Shown here: piece after piece, positions 1-9,074 of the stretch | Layout: every line of letters starts with the position of its first letter | Numbering within the stretch: position 1 is the first letter of the stretch | Notes under the pieces: model-generated | The model's input: the letters and a program-made list of their open reading frames with translations, nothing else | Databases searched by the model: none | Told to the model about the DNA's origin: nothing | Virus record (IMG/VR): IMGVR_UViG_3300038675_000290 | Location: 1 to 37,520 of that record | Length of the DNA stretch: 37,520 bases | Direction: 5' to 3' (one strand) | Origin: a virus | Lineage: Duplodnaviria > Caudoviricetes | Made by a program: the position numbers and the translations under genes

Positions 1-370
1 GAATCCCTTTATTGCTTTCTCGGAAAGGGACGAACCACCGATTTCCGCCAGTGGCTGTAACGGATCACATACGGTGTCACACCTTCTAGGGGTGGGAAAG
101 GCCGGGAACTGACGGGAAACGGTGGGATTGGGAGGGCCGCAGAGGGGCATCAGGAGGAACGGGCGGGCTTGAACGAGCAGCAGGCACCAAGGGGATGAAA
201 GCCTTGAAACCACGGCCTTTATGGGGCGCATAGGGGCATCCAGGGCGATGCTGGAAGGGCTGGCGAAATGAATGTGCGCAGGGCGGAAGGAGAAAAAAAT
301 AGCCCGCGAAACGGCGAGCAGAGCAAACAGGCAGCGTGCGGATACGGCGTCACGACCATGACGCAGAGAG

Positions 371-391
371 GGCGGGTGACCGCCTTTTTTT
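371..391 (+). terminator. intrinsic terminator near left end
   Basis: GGCGG-gtga-CCGCC followed by T7. Confidence 0.55.
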
Positions 392-693
392 GTTTTTGGA
401 ATTCGTAAAAGCGAATGCGTTGAACGCGTTTTAACGCGCGTCAGGCGGGAAGATGAAATAAATCGCTTCCTATTTTTATACCCCAAAAACAGCACACTTC
501 AAGATGCGCTAATAGGACATTTAAGCGCTCGAATTACATCGGTGCGTTTGCCGCGAAGTGTGGCGCATTGGGGAACCATTGCGGAACTGGTGTAAATTTA
601 TTTATCTTCCTATTATATGCGGATAAATTTGTCTGTTAATCGATAGTCTTGATTGCGGAACTGCAAAAAGCGAATAAATTCACGCGTAATATG

Positions 694-1110
694 TCAGAGT
701 TGGTCATCATCTGACCCATCAGCATGGCTTCTCTTTTCAGCAGCTATTTGCTCGCCTTGCTCTCCAGCCGCTTGAATGATAGCGTTCATTGACGCCAATG
801 CAATACCCCTTGTTCTACGGCTTGCCATACGTAATGACATGACGATCTGATATTCGTCAGATGAAAAGTTATCAACTGCGGATAATTTTGCAGGAGTTTC
901 ACGACCAAGCAGATAATCAGCGGAGACTTCAAAGTATTCAGCTACTGCATAGATCAAGTCAGCTTTCGGTATGCTTTCGCCGTTCTTCCATTTGGGCAGA
1001 TTTGACCCATCCATCCCAAAAATCTCCTTCAGAGCCTTGCGGGGGGATAGCTCTCTCTTTCGGCACAATCCACTGAACTTAACACTGAAAACGTTGGACG
1101 AAAAAGGCAT
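694..1110 (-). CDS. XRE-family HTH prophage repressor
   Basis: NLPKWKNGESIPKADLIYAVAEYFEVSADYLLGR is a typical HTH_3 signature; divergent from the early operon; GGGAGG-type RBS upstream. Confidence 0.9.
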   Translation of the reverse strand: MPFSSNVFSVKFSGLCRKRELSPRKALKEIFGMDGSNLPKWKNGESIPKADLIYAVAEYFEVSADYLLGRETPAKLSAVDNFSSDEYQIVMSLRMASRRTRGIALASMNAIIQAAGEQGEQIAAEKRSHADGSDDDQL

Positions 1111-1155
1111 ACGCTACCCTCCCATTAAAAAATTAAATATATTCTTAATTCTCGC

Positions 1156-1184
1156 TTGACAGAGTAAATCTTTTCGCGTATAAT
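1156..1184 (+). promoter_or_regulatory. early (lytic) sigma-A promoter
   Basis: Perfect TTGACA-17 bp-TATAAT upstream of the cro/ner-transposase operon. Confidence 0.9.
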
Positions 1185-1218
1185 GAGGTTGGCGAGCGAA
1201 TTCATTCACACCTATAAC

Positions 1219-1247
1219 AGTATACCGCACAGCGAACGACGTGAGAA
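1219..1247 (-). promoter_or_regulatory. candidate repressor promoter
   Basis: Minus strand TTCTCA-17 bp-TATACT pointing to the repressor gene. Confidence 0.45.
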
Positions 1248-1304
1248 CCAATATTTAAGAATTTAAGAAAGGGAGAGCCGAGAGGTGCCCCAAGAAAAAG
1301 TGAG

Positions 1305-1538
1305 GTGACAGCAATGCGGGAAGCTCGGAAGTTAACCAGGTTCGGGAAAGCGGTCAAAGTGCGAATGCTCGACACGGGGATTAAGCAGAAGCAGCTTGCT
1401 GCCATGGTCGGAGCCAGTGAATCAATGATCTGCGCCGTCTTGTATGGCGATCGGTCTGAAGAACGGTGGATTGCTCCGATTTGTGCGGCACTGGGTATGA
1501 ATGCGACGCGATTCGGTGGCGCGAGAAGGGGGGCGTAG
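1305..1538 (+). CDS. Cro/Ner-like HTH regulator
   Basis: IKQKQLAAMVGASESMICAVLYG HTH; first gene of early operon, the ner position in Mu. Confidence 0.8.
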   Translation: MTAMREARKLTRFGKAVKVRMLDTGIKQKQLAAMVGASESMICAVLYGDRSEERWIAPICAALGMNATRFGGARRGA

Positions 1539-1541
1539 CAA

Positions 1542-3644
1542 GTGCAGGCACATGTGGACACAAGTACTGCGGCGCGCTTGCTGGGCATGACTGAACGAGC
1601 AGTCCGCAAACACATTGAGTCATCCGCCTTGCCAGCCGAAAAACAGCCGACCGGGCGAGGCGGGAATAGCGGTATTTCATATCGCATTCCCGTAGCCGCG
1701 CTTCCCCCGGAGGCTCAACTGGTCTACTATCAGGAAGCCGGAAAGTCGCAAGCGGGCGATCGGGTGATGGATGCAGACCTGGTTACCTACCGGGAGAAGT
1801 ACGGCCCGAAGGCGCTTGACGAATTATTGCGCGCCCAGCGCATGGTGCTGATCGCCAAGGGCATCCGCGAATCGGCCGAGGGGCAGGTGCAAAAACGTCT
1901 GGACGCGCTGGCCAGCGAGAACGGCACCACGATGCGCACGCTGTACCGCTGGGAAAAGCAGTTCGCCGAAAGCGGCCTGAAGGGGCTAATGAAGAAGGAG
2001 CGCAAGGACGCCGGACAGCCGCGCACGATGTGCCTGGAAGCGCGCCGCTACATGTGGGAGCAGTACCTGGGGCCGAACCGGCGCACCCAGGAGCAACTAC
2101 TCCGTATGGCCCGCGACAAGGCCGAGATCGAAGGCGCGAAGGCGTGCGCAAACTGCCCGTTCCGGGAAGGCAGCCAGGCTCGGGCCGCGATGGACGCCGA
2201 AACGCTGGAACACTATCCTGCCTGCGATTGCGCGGGCGAAGGCATGATTCCGCCTTCCAACCGCACCAGCGTGAACCGGATCATTGAGCAACTGACACCG
2301 GCCGAGAAGGCGTACATGCGCCAAGGTCGGAAGGTGTGGGAAGCGGCTTTTATGTTCAAGAACCAGCGCGAGAAGCCTAACCAGGTAAACCTGTGCTGGT
2401 TTGGTGATCATCATCAATTTGATTGCTTTGTAGTGGATACCAAGGGGCGCGCGATCCGACCGTGGGTTACCCTTTGGTACGACATCGGAAGCGGCGAGCC
2501 GGTCGGCTACTGTTTGAGTGAATGCCCGAATAGCCAGACGATCATGGAAGCCTTCACCCGCGCCGTGGCGGAAAAAAGGAATTCACCTATCTGTGGCCTG
2601 CCGGTGTACGTGTACACCGACAACGGCAAGGACTACCGCGCGGAGCGGTTCGAGGGTGGCAAGTTCATCGAGATCAGCCTGGGCGACCTGAACGAGAAGG
2701 TGCGCATGGCCACGATGGGCGCGGATGGCGTGGGAACGGAGAGCATTTACTCCCTGTTTGACGTGCAAGTGGTTCATGCGAAAGAGTATCACGGCTGGGC
2801 CAAACCGGTGGAAAGATGGTTCCGCACCCTGGAAGATCGGTTTATCCGCGAGATTCCCGGCTACTGCGGGAATAGCCCCAAAAGCCGCCCGGAGAACTTC
2901 GACCGTACACTGAAGGCGCTGCTGGAGCGGGGCGAGCTTTTGAGCATGGACGAGCTTTTCGCCCGCTTCCGCGACGAAATGATCCCCATGTACAACGAAA
3001 CGGCACACGAAGGCTATGACGGACAAACACCCGCCTGGCGGTACGCCAACCTGCCAAAGGCGCGGAACGAAGTGCCCAGCTGGTCGATGCTGGCGCTGGC
3101 TAAAGAAGATCACGACAAGCGTATGGTAAACCCGATGGGCATCCGTTACAAAAGTTCCTGGTACTGGGATTACGAGCTGACACAGCACGTAGGCGAGTGG
3201 GTACAGATACGATTTAACCGTGATCACGTCGAGAGCCTAACCGTTTGCACCATGCCTGCCAAAGGCAAGCCCGCCCGATTCATCTGCGAAGCTGGCCCGA
3301 AGGAGAAACTTCAAATGGTCGGCGAGGACGAGGAGAAGCTGAAGCGCTACGTGGCCATCCCCAAAATCCAGGAGCGCGAGCTGCGCCAGGGGCTAATCAG
3401 CAAGGGCGTGAAGTTGCCGGGCAAGCGCAGCAGCGGGCATGTGTACGTGGACGAGATCGACGTAAAGTACGCCAAGGGCAACATCAGCAACCTGGAATAC
3501 GAACGGATGTGGCTGGAACGGGAGAACGCCCGCAAACGCCGGAACGAACGTGACGAAGTGGCGGCTGGCAAGGACGAAGGCAGCGACCACTTCCGCCGCA
3601 AGGGCGCGGAACTGCTGGAGCTTGCGCGGGCCAAGAATGCGTAG
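1542..3644 (+). CDS. MuA-like DDE transposase
   Basis: N-terminal HTH (TSTAARLLGMTERAVRK); catalytic motifs WFGDHHQFD, YTDNGKDY, KPVERWF; Mu-transposase C-terminal-like region; 700 aa. Confidence 0.95.
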   Translation: MQAHVDTSTAARLLGMTERAVRKHIESSALPAEKQPTGRGGNSGISYRIPVAALPPEAQLVYYQEAGKSQAGDRVMDADLVTYREKYGPKALDELLRAQRMVLIAKGIRESAEGQVQKRLDALASENGTTMRTLYRWEKQFAESGLKGLMKKERKDAGQPRTMCLEARRYMWEQYLGPNRRTQEQLLRMARDKAEIEGAKACANCPFREGSQARAAMDAETLEHYPACDCAGEGMIPPSNRTSVNRIIEQLTPAEKAYMRQGRKVWEAAFMFKNQREKPNQVNLCWFGDHHQFDCFVVDTKGRAIRPWVTLWYDIGSGEPVGYCLSECPNSQTIMEAFTRAVAEKRNSPICGLPVYVYTDNGKDYRAERFEGGKFIEISLGDLNEKVRMATMGADGVGTESIYSLFDVQVVHAKEYHGWAKPVERWFRTLEDRFIREIPGYCGNSPKSRPENFDRTLKALLERGELLSMDELFARFRDEMIPMYNETAHEGYDGQTPAWRYANLPKARNEVPSWSMLALAKEDHDKRMVNPMGIRYKSSWYWDYELTQHVGEWVQIRFNRDHVESLTVCTMPAKGKPARFICEAGPKEKLQMVGEDEEKLKRYVAIPKIQERELRQGLISKGVKLPGKRSSGHVYVDEIDVKYAKGNISNLEYERMWLERENARKRRNERDEVAAGKDEGSDHFRRKGAELLELARAKNA

Positions 3645-3654
3645 GGAGGTACAA

Positions 3655-3861
3655 ATGAGGATTGTTATCATCGCCTGGCTGGGGTTTAATGCGCTGATCC
3701 TGCTGTGGGCTTTCATCCGGTCAAGGAATCCCGAAAAGCGATGCGGCCGTTGCGCACACTGGACGCCCGCCGAACTGGACTTTGGGAAGTGTGAACGCTG
3801 GAACCGCTACGTGGAGGCTACAGACAGGGCCTGCCCAGCCCTGAAGGAAAGGCAAGAGTGA
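3655..3861 (+). CDS. small membrane protein with Cys cluster
   Basis: GGAGG RBS then ATG 3655; hydrophobic N-terminus, CGRC...C...C. Confidence 0.6.
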   Translation: MRIVIIAWLGFNALILLWAFIRSRNPEKRCGRCAHWTPAELDFGKCERWNRYVEATDRACPALKERQE

Positions 3862-3867
3862 CCGGCC

Positions 3868-3922
3868 CAAGGCCCAGCCCCGTGAAAGCCGGGGCCGCCC
3901 CTCCACCGAGGGGCGCGGCGCT
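3868..3922 (+). repeat. 55-bp double-hairpin direct repeat, copy 1
   Basis: Identical to 5554-5608; GCCCCG-tgaaagc-CGGGGC and CGCCCCTC-cacc-GAGGGGCG. Confidence 0.95.
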
Positions 3923-3948
3923 TACAGCCACAAGAGAGGAGGGGGCAC

Positions 3949-4377
3949 ATGGCTGAAGGGACACAGCGGCAACCGCGCGACCTGGTTATGACGCTCCGGG
4001 AAACGGTCAAATTTCTCAACTGGGCCATGACGGCCTACAGCTACGATCAAGACAGGGTGGTGGCGCTAGATGATGCCATGCAGGACATCCTGCACGAGAT
4101 TGAGCTGGGAGAATCGAAGCGCACGCCTGAAGCGGCGCGCCTGTACAAGGAAATGCGGAGCATCCGCAGGGAACGGCGGGCCTGCAAGGATGAAATGGAG
4201 CAACTGAAGCCGCTGGTGGATTGGTGCATCGGGAACAAGGGCGTCATCCACAACTTTGAACGTATCCAGGGCGTGATCGGCAGCATCCGAGAACGCCAAG
4301 GCAACCGGCAATACCGGCTACGATCCCCGGAGCGGGAAGCCTGGGCGGCGATCGATCGGAAGGAGGCGGCGCAATGA
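3949..4377 (+). CDS. hypothetical phage protein (coiled-coil)
   Basis: Strong RBS, GC3-rich codon use, ATGA overlap with next gene. Confidence 0.75.
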   Translation: MAEGTQRQPRDLVMTLRETVKFLNWAMTAYSYDQDRVVALDDAMQDILHEIELGESKRTPEAARLYKEMRSIRRERRACKDEMEQLKPLVDWCIGNKGVIHNFERIQGVIGSIRERQGNRQYRLRSPEREAWAAIDRKEAAQ

Positions 4378-4934
4378 ACGAGATTCAACGCGATAAAATC
4401 TATCAGGATATGGTCGGAGAAACCCGCTTCAAGCATGAAGCGCATTCTTTCGGTGGCAATGAGATCAGATTATCCGCATATTGGAACGCGGCCGAGAAAT
4501 GGGCCGAACTGGCCGTGTTTACCCCGTGGGGCAACTATGGATACCGCTGGGACAGCACCAGGCGCGCTGACTACATCCTACGATCCACATGGGACTACCT
4601 GCTGGTGAAGTTGATGGGGAAGGAAAACCTGGAAGCGCTGGACATCGCCGAAACCCTCCAGCAGATCGCCGAGCGTATGACCGTCGAGGGGGACGCTTTG
4701 AAAGACCTGAACGGCTGCGAGGACGAAAAAGCCCTGTGGTGCTGGGCGCAACGATGGAGCATTCCGAACATCGACACGGCCTTCGCCTTCAGCCTGACGC
4801 CGGAGGCGCAAAAGATGCGGGAGATCGTGGTGCCGATGATCAACGCCATGGGCGAAACCATTTCCCACGAAGCCGTTCCCCCCGCCGAGATGGGCGCACC
4901 GTTCGACGAACCGATCAATGGCGGAGGTTATTAA
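4374..4934 (+). CDS. hypothetical phage protein
   Basis: AAGGAGG RBS, overlaps previous stop. Confidence 0.7.
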   Translation: MNEIQRDKIYQDMVGETRFKHEAHSFGGNEIRLSAYWNAAEKWAELAVFTPWGNYGYRWDSTRRADYILRSTWDYLLVKLMGKENLEALDIAETLQQIAERMTVEGDALKDLNGCEDEKALWCWAQRWSIPNIDTAFAFSLTPEAQKMREIVVPMINAMGETISHEAVPPAEMGAPFDEPINGGGY

Positions 4935-4935
4935 A

Positions 4936-5310
4936 ATGGCCAAACCCAAGAAGCCCAAGCGGATGACCGCCAAGGAGAAGGCCGCACGGGAACGGGCAAG
5001 GAAAGACCTGCGTGCGTCGGGTGTGATCCCGCCCAAAAAGAAGCCGCTGAACCGGAAGAAGTTCATCAAGGAAGCGCGGGAGGAATTCAATTCGGCGGAG
5101 CTGGGCCTGATGGCCTATCCGTACATGGTTCGGGCGATCGGTTGGGTAATGACCGACTTCCGGCCGTCGCTGGAAGATGTGGGCGTGGCCAAGGTGCTAA
5201 AAGTTGCTTGCGAGATCGCCCGCTTCAACGCCGAGTTGACCCAGGCGGGCCGGACGAAATACATGGAATCCGAGCTATACGAACGCCTGAAGCCGATCCT
5301 GGACGCCTGA
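4936..5310 (+). CDS. basic hypothetical phage protein
   Basis: GGAGG RBS before ATG 4936; Lys/Arg-rich N-terminus. Confidence 0.75.
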   Translation: MAKPKKPKRMTAKEKAARERARKDLRASGVIPPKKKPLNRKKFIKEAREEFNSAELGLMAYPYMVRAIGWVMTDFRPSLEDVGVAKVLKVACEIARFNAELTQAGRTKYMESELYERLKPILDA

Positions 5311-5353
5311 CGGCCAAAGCCCTGCCCAATATCAAAACGAGGAGGAGAAGCCG

Positions 5354-5548
5354 ATGCTGAAGGCCGAGGTGGACAAGTCGAAAGCGGTTTTCAAGCTCCA
5401 GTTCAAGGGAAACCCTGCTGCCGTTACCGAGGAAACCGCGATCCTGGTTGATCAGACGATCCGCGAGCTATCCAAAGCGACCAACGTTCCCGGGCACGTT
5501 TACAAATACGCCATTTTGAAGGCGTTGGAGAACTGCACCAAGCAGTAA
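5354..5548 (+). CDS. hypothetical protein
   Basis: GAGGAGG RBS; fills the gap before repeat copy 2. Confidence 0.65.
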   Translation: MLKAEVDKSKAVFKLQFKGNPAAVTEETAILVDQTIRELSKATNVPGHVYKYAILKALENCTKQ

Positions 5549-5553
5549 AGGCG

Positions 5554-5608
5554 CAAGGCCCAGCCCCGTGAAAGCCGGGGCCGCCCCTCCACCGAGGGGC
5601 GCGGCGCT
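5554..5608 (+). repeat. 55-bp double-hairpin direct repeat, copy 2
   Basis: Identical to 3868-3922. Confidence 0.95.
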
Positions 5609-5640
5609 CATGGCCATGCAAAAGAAGGGGGGAGAACCAC

Positions 5641-6003
5641 GTGAGCATATGGGGCATTGTCCTGGGGGCGGCCATCGGAGCAGGCGCTACCTGTGCATAC
5701 AAGTGGCGCGTGAATGAGCTGGTGAGGCGCGAGCGCCTACGCGCAGCGCGCGAGATGGAAGGCGAGCGCCGGGAGCAGAGGCGGCTCATGTCCGAGGTTT
5801 GGGAGCTGCGCACGGAGCTGAACCAGGAGCGCGTCACCGCGTCCACGCAGCGCGTGCGGGAATCTGCCTGGGAAAACGGCTATGCGGACGGGCTGCGGGA
5901 CGGCGCGAATCGGAACGACGCCGAGCGGTTTCTCGCAATACTTGAAGGCGGCGGAGCCGCGACGATGATGCTACGGCAAAGGAGGAAGCGCGATGCAGAC
6001 TGA
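5641..6003 (+). CDS. membrane-anchored coiled-coil protein
   Basis: N-terminal TM (WGIVLGAAIGAGATCAY) then a charged helix. Confidence 0.7.
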   Translation: MSIWGIVLGAAIGAGATCAYKWRVNELVRRERLRAAREMEGERREQRRLMSEVWELRTELNQERVTASTQRVRESAWENGYADGLRDGANRNDAERFLAILEGGGAATMMLRQRRKRDAD

Positions 6004-6979
6004 TGGACGCATGAACACCACGCAGATCAGGGAGAGCCTGAAGCGGTGCCAGCAGAACGGGATCACTTACAAGCAGATCGAAACGGAAACGGGCGTGAGC
6101 CGCACCGCCATCAGCCAGCTGGCCAACCACGGCGTGGCCATGAACACCGCCAAGCTGGCCAAGCTGGAGGGGTGGCTGGCCTCCAAGGGCGGGGCGATCG
6201 CCGAGGCCGCCCTGGAGCAGCCCGACCAGATGCCCGCCGCGCCGCATCAGATGCGGATGGCCACGGGCAAGGCGCAGCTGGGCATCTACCCGACCCAGGA
6301 CATGCAAAAGCTGGTCGGCTGGCTGAATGCCGTGTATCAGCACAGGGCCATCGGCGCGCTGGTCGGCCCGGCCGGAAGCGGCAAGACCACCGCCCTGCGT
6401 GAGTATTGCAAAGTCAACCCGGAAGCGCGGTACGTGAAATGCTGGGCGCTGATGCACATGGGCGACCTGCTGGACATGATCGCCGAGGCGTTCAACGTGG
6501 CGGTATCCGGCAGCCAGTTCCGCCGCCAGCAGCAGCTGATCCGGGCGCTGGTCGGCTCAAACGCCATGCTGCTGCTGGATGAAGCCGAATTCTTGAAGTC
6601 CTGGAACGTCAAGAAGCTGGAAGTGCTGCGCGAGATATGGGACGCCATCGGCATCCCGATCGTGCTGTGCGGCACCGAGGGCCTGGAGGCCGTTCTGACC
6701 AGGGGCACCGGCCGCGACAACTGCGCGCAGCTGTACCGCCGCTGCTGGCAGGGCGTGACCAGCGGCATCGGCGTGGACGAGATGTCCGCGATCCTGGGCG
6801 AATACCAGATGACGCAGGACGCCGCGCAGGTGCTGGTGCGGATGGCTACCGACCACAAGCACGGGGGCATGGGCAACGCCTTCGAGGTCTTGCGCATCTG
6901 CCTGGAGCTGGCCGAGGGCGGCCTGATCACCGGGGCGATCATCAAGGAGGCCAGCCAGTACAAGGTGCTGTTTAAGTAA
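5993..6979 (+). CDS. MuB-like AAA+ transposition ATPase
   Basis: N-terminal HTH, Walker A GPAGSGKT, Walker B LLLDEAE, IPIVLCGT. Confidence 0.92.
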   Translation: MQTDGRMNTTQIRESLKRCQQNGITYKQIETETGVSRTAISQLANHGVAMNTAKLAKLEGWLASKGGAIAEAALEQPDQMPAAPHQMRMATGKAQLGIYPTQDMQKLVGWLNAVYQHRAIGALVGPAGSGKTTALREYCKVNPEARYVKCWALMHMGDLLDMIAEAFNVAVSGSQFRRQQQLIRALVGSNAMLLLDEAEFLKSWNVKKLEVLREIWDAIGIPIVLCGTEGLEAVLTRGTGRDNCAQLYRRCWQGVTSGIGVDEMSAILGEYQMTQDAAQVLVRMATDHKHGGMGNAFEVLRICLELAEGGLITGAIIKEASQYKVLFK

Positions 6980-6989
6980 GGAGGGCAAC

Positions 6990-7208
6990 ATGGAAACGCG
7001 TATGCGCTACTTTCAAGGGAAGGACTTCAAAGGCGACGTATTGACGGCCGCGATCGAGGTGGACATCAACACCCCCGCAGACCGGGCCGCAGCGGATGAA
7101 TACGGAAAACTTCTTGGCACGACCGAAACGCGGGAAATCACGGCGGCGGCGTATGCCAAGAGCACAAAGCGGGCGGACGAGAAGCCGCGCGGGAGGGCTG
7201 GGAAATGA
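6990..7208 (+). CDS. hypothetical protein
   Basis: AAGGAGG RBS; ATGA-coupled to next ORF. Confidence 0.65.
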   Translation: METRMRYFQGKDFKGDVLTAAIEVDINTPADRAAADEYGKLLGTTETREITAAAYAKSTKRADEKPRGRAGK

Positions 7209-7426
7209 AAAAAGTCTGCATCCTTTTCCCCGAGCGGGAAATCAGCCTTCAGGTTACCGAATCGCCCAAGGTGCTGACAGGCCCTGGGCGCAAGATCAGG
7301 GGGCTGCGCGTCACCGATCCGCAGACGGCCGCCTTCCTGGTATATGTTGACTGGTCGAACGTCAGGGCTGTGCTGGTATACGACATTGTAGAACAGGAGG
7401 AATCACATGGCACGCAAGAGGGTTGA
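7205..7426 (+). CDS. hypothetical protein
   Basis: GGGAGG RBS, overlaps both neighbours. Confidence 0.6.
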   Translation: MKKVCILFPEREISLQVTESPKVLTGPGRKIRGLRVTDPQTAAFLVYVDWSNVRAVLVYDIVEQEESHGTQEG

Positions 7427-7916
7427 CACGGACGTGCTTTTAAGCTGGAACGACGTTTCCGGCGCGCTGGCCACCATCGGCGGGATCGATCGGGACGTGC
7501 AAAAGATCGAGATTGAAATGCAGCAGAAGATCGACGCCGCCAAGGCAACCGCCGCCGAGGCATCCCGGACGCTGCTGGAGCAGAAAGCCCGGATCGAGGC
7601 GCAGGTGGCCGCCTTTGCGGACACGCATCGGGATGACCTGGGCGACCGCAAAAGCAAGACCCTATACTTTGGCACGGTCGGCTACAGGAAAAGCTCCAAG
7701 GTCATCCTCCCCCGCGCGGCCGCCAAGCTGGCGGAGATCGTTATCCGCCTCCGGGCGCGCGGTATGCACGATTGCGTCCTCGTCAAGCCGGAGGCCATCG
7801 ACAAGGACGCGCTGAAGAAGTACCCGGAGAAGGAAATCGCGGATGTGGGCGCGCGGCTGGACGTGAAAGACGCCTTTTGGTACGAGATCGACAAGGAACA
7901 CCTTGACGAAAAGTGA
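7407..7916 (+). CDS. gam: Mu Gam-like host-nuclease inhibitor
   Basis: Coiled-coil followed by KSKTLYFGTVGYRKS and IDKDALKK, characteristic of Mu Gam; semi-essential region position. Confidence 0.9.
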   Translation: MARKRVDTDVLLSWNDVSGALATIGGIDRDVQKIEIEMQQKIDAAKATAAEASRTLLEQKARIEAQVAAFADTHRDDLGDRKSKTLYFGTVGYRKSSKVILPRAAAKLAEIVIRLRARGMHDCVLVKPEAIDKDALKKYPEKEIADVGARLDVKDAFWYEIDKEHLDEK

Positions 7917-7948
7917 CACGGAAAGCGAACATACGGGAGGCAGCGAAC

Positions 7949-8029
7949 GTGAGCAACGGGGTTATTATCTGCGCTATGATCTGCGCGACGATCATCGCGC
8001 TGGCGCTGATCGGGAGGAAGGGAAAATGA
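7949..8029 (+). CDS. 26-aa hydrophobic peptide (not in ORF track)
   Basis: GGGAGG RBS, GTG start, MSNGVIICAMICATIIALALIGRKGK*, stop overlaps next ATG (ATGA). Confidence 0.55.
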   Translation: MSNGVIICAMICATIIALALIGRKGK

Positions 8030-8277
8030 TCAAAGTCAGAATTCCACCGATGGCCAAGGGAAGGATCAAGGCCGTGCGCGGCCTGATCGGCGGGCTGGCG
8101 AGCGCCACGAAGGCGGCCAGGAAGGCCATGGAGAAGGCGGAGGAGCGGCACGGCCCATTCTCCGACGAGTACGCGGAGGCCAGCGCCAGGTACGAGGAAG
8201 CGAACGACCTGCTGAATCGGCTTTACCGGCTGCTGAAGGTGAGGCTGGACGAGCTGGAACAGCCATATAGACGTTAA
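8026..8277 (+). CDS. hypothetical helical protein
   Basis: GGAGG RBS before ATG 8026 (inside track ORF 7903..8277). Confidence 0.65.
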   Translation: MIKVRIPPMAKGRIKAVRGLIGGLASATKAARKAMEKAEERHGPFSDEYAEASARYEEANDLLNRLYRLLKVRLDELEQPYRR

Positions 8278-8293
8278 GCGAGGAGGCGGGCAC

Positions 8294-8673
8294 ATGAACG
8301 AGATCAGCACGGCGCAAATGCGCATGACAATGACGCACTCCACGGCATGGTGAGCGGCCAGACCGGCAAGGAAAGCATCAAGGAGCTGACGAGCTACGAA
8401 GGCAAGCGGATCATTGACCGGCTTCAGGCGCTGGCTGGCCAGCCGTCCAAGGACGCGGCCGACCGGGCCACCGTGGCCCAGCAGGGCAAGATATTCGCCT
8501 TGGCTAGAGAGCTGGGATGGGGCGACGATCCGAAGCGGCTGCGCGGCTTCCTGACCTCCAGATTCGGCGCTGGCGATCCCCGGTGGCTGACGGCCGCGCA
8601 GGCCGGGCCGGTCATCGAGGCCCTGAAGAAGATGCTGGACGGCGGGCGCGGCGAGCGCAAGCGGAAAGCGTAG
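8294..8673 (+). pseudogene. gemA: GemA/gp16 (DUF1018)-like gene, frameshifted near 8324
   Basis: AGGAGG + ATG 8294 gives MNEISTAQMR, while DNDALHGMVSGQTGKESIKELT...VIEALKKM continues in another frame. Confidence 0.7.
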
Positions 8674-8679
8674 GCTGCC

Positions 8680-9048
8680 ATGATTGAATACGTGAAGGAA
8701 AAGGGAATTCTCATTCTGGCGGTAGCCTTCATCGTCGTGGTGATCGTCCTGATCGGCGCGGTGGTCATCGGATCAATTCCGAAGCTGGCCGAGGGCGTCG
8801 TGGTGGATAAAACCTATCAGGCCGCATCTACCGACATAACCAGCACGACCAACGATGACGGCACGACGATCCGATCGGTCACGTACCCCGCCGCGTGGAA
8901 GATCAAGGTTTACGGGATCGACAAGGACGGCAAACCGCGCGCCGAATGGTGGGAAGTCGGCAGCGGCCTGTACGAAATGATCGACATAGACGATCGGGTT
9001 TATCGCGACGGGCACACCGGCCTGATCGGCATAGCTAACAAGCGGTAG
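8680..9048 (+). CDS. membrane-anchored hypothetical protein
   Basis: Long N-terminal TM helix; EGVVVDKTY beta-rich domain. Confidence 0.7.
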   Translation: MIEYVKEKGILILAVAFIVVVIVLIGAVVIGSIPKLAEGVVVDKTYQAASTDITSTTNDDGTTIRSVTYPAAWKIKVYGIDKDGKPRAEWWEVGSGLYEMIDIDDRVYRDGHTGLIGIANKR

Positions 9049-9074
9049 AGCACGACGGCCTGGGAGGTGATCAA

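Noticed and set aside
3868-5608. 55-bp repeats as CRISPR array or terminators
   Set aside because: Only two copies 1.7 kb apart separated by genes, no cas genes, no U-tract
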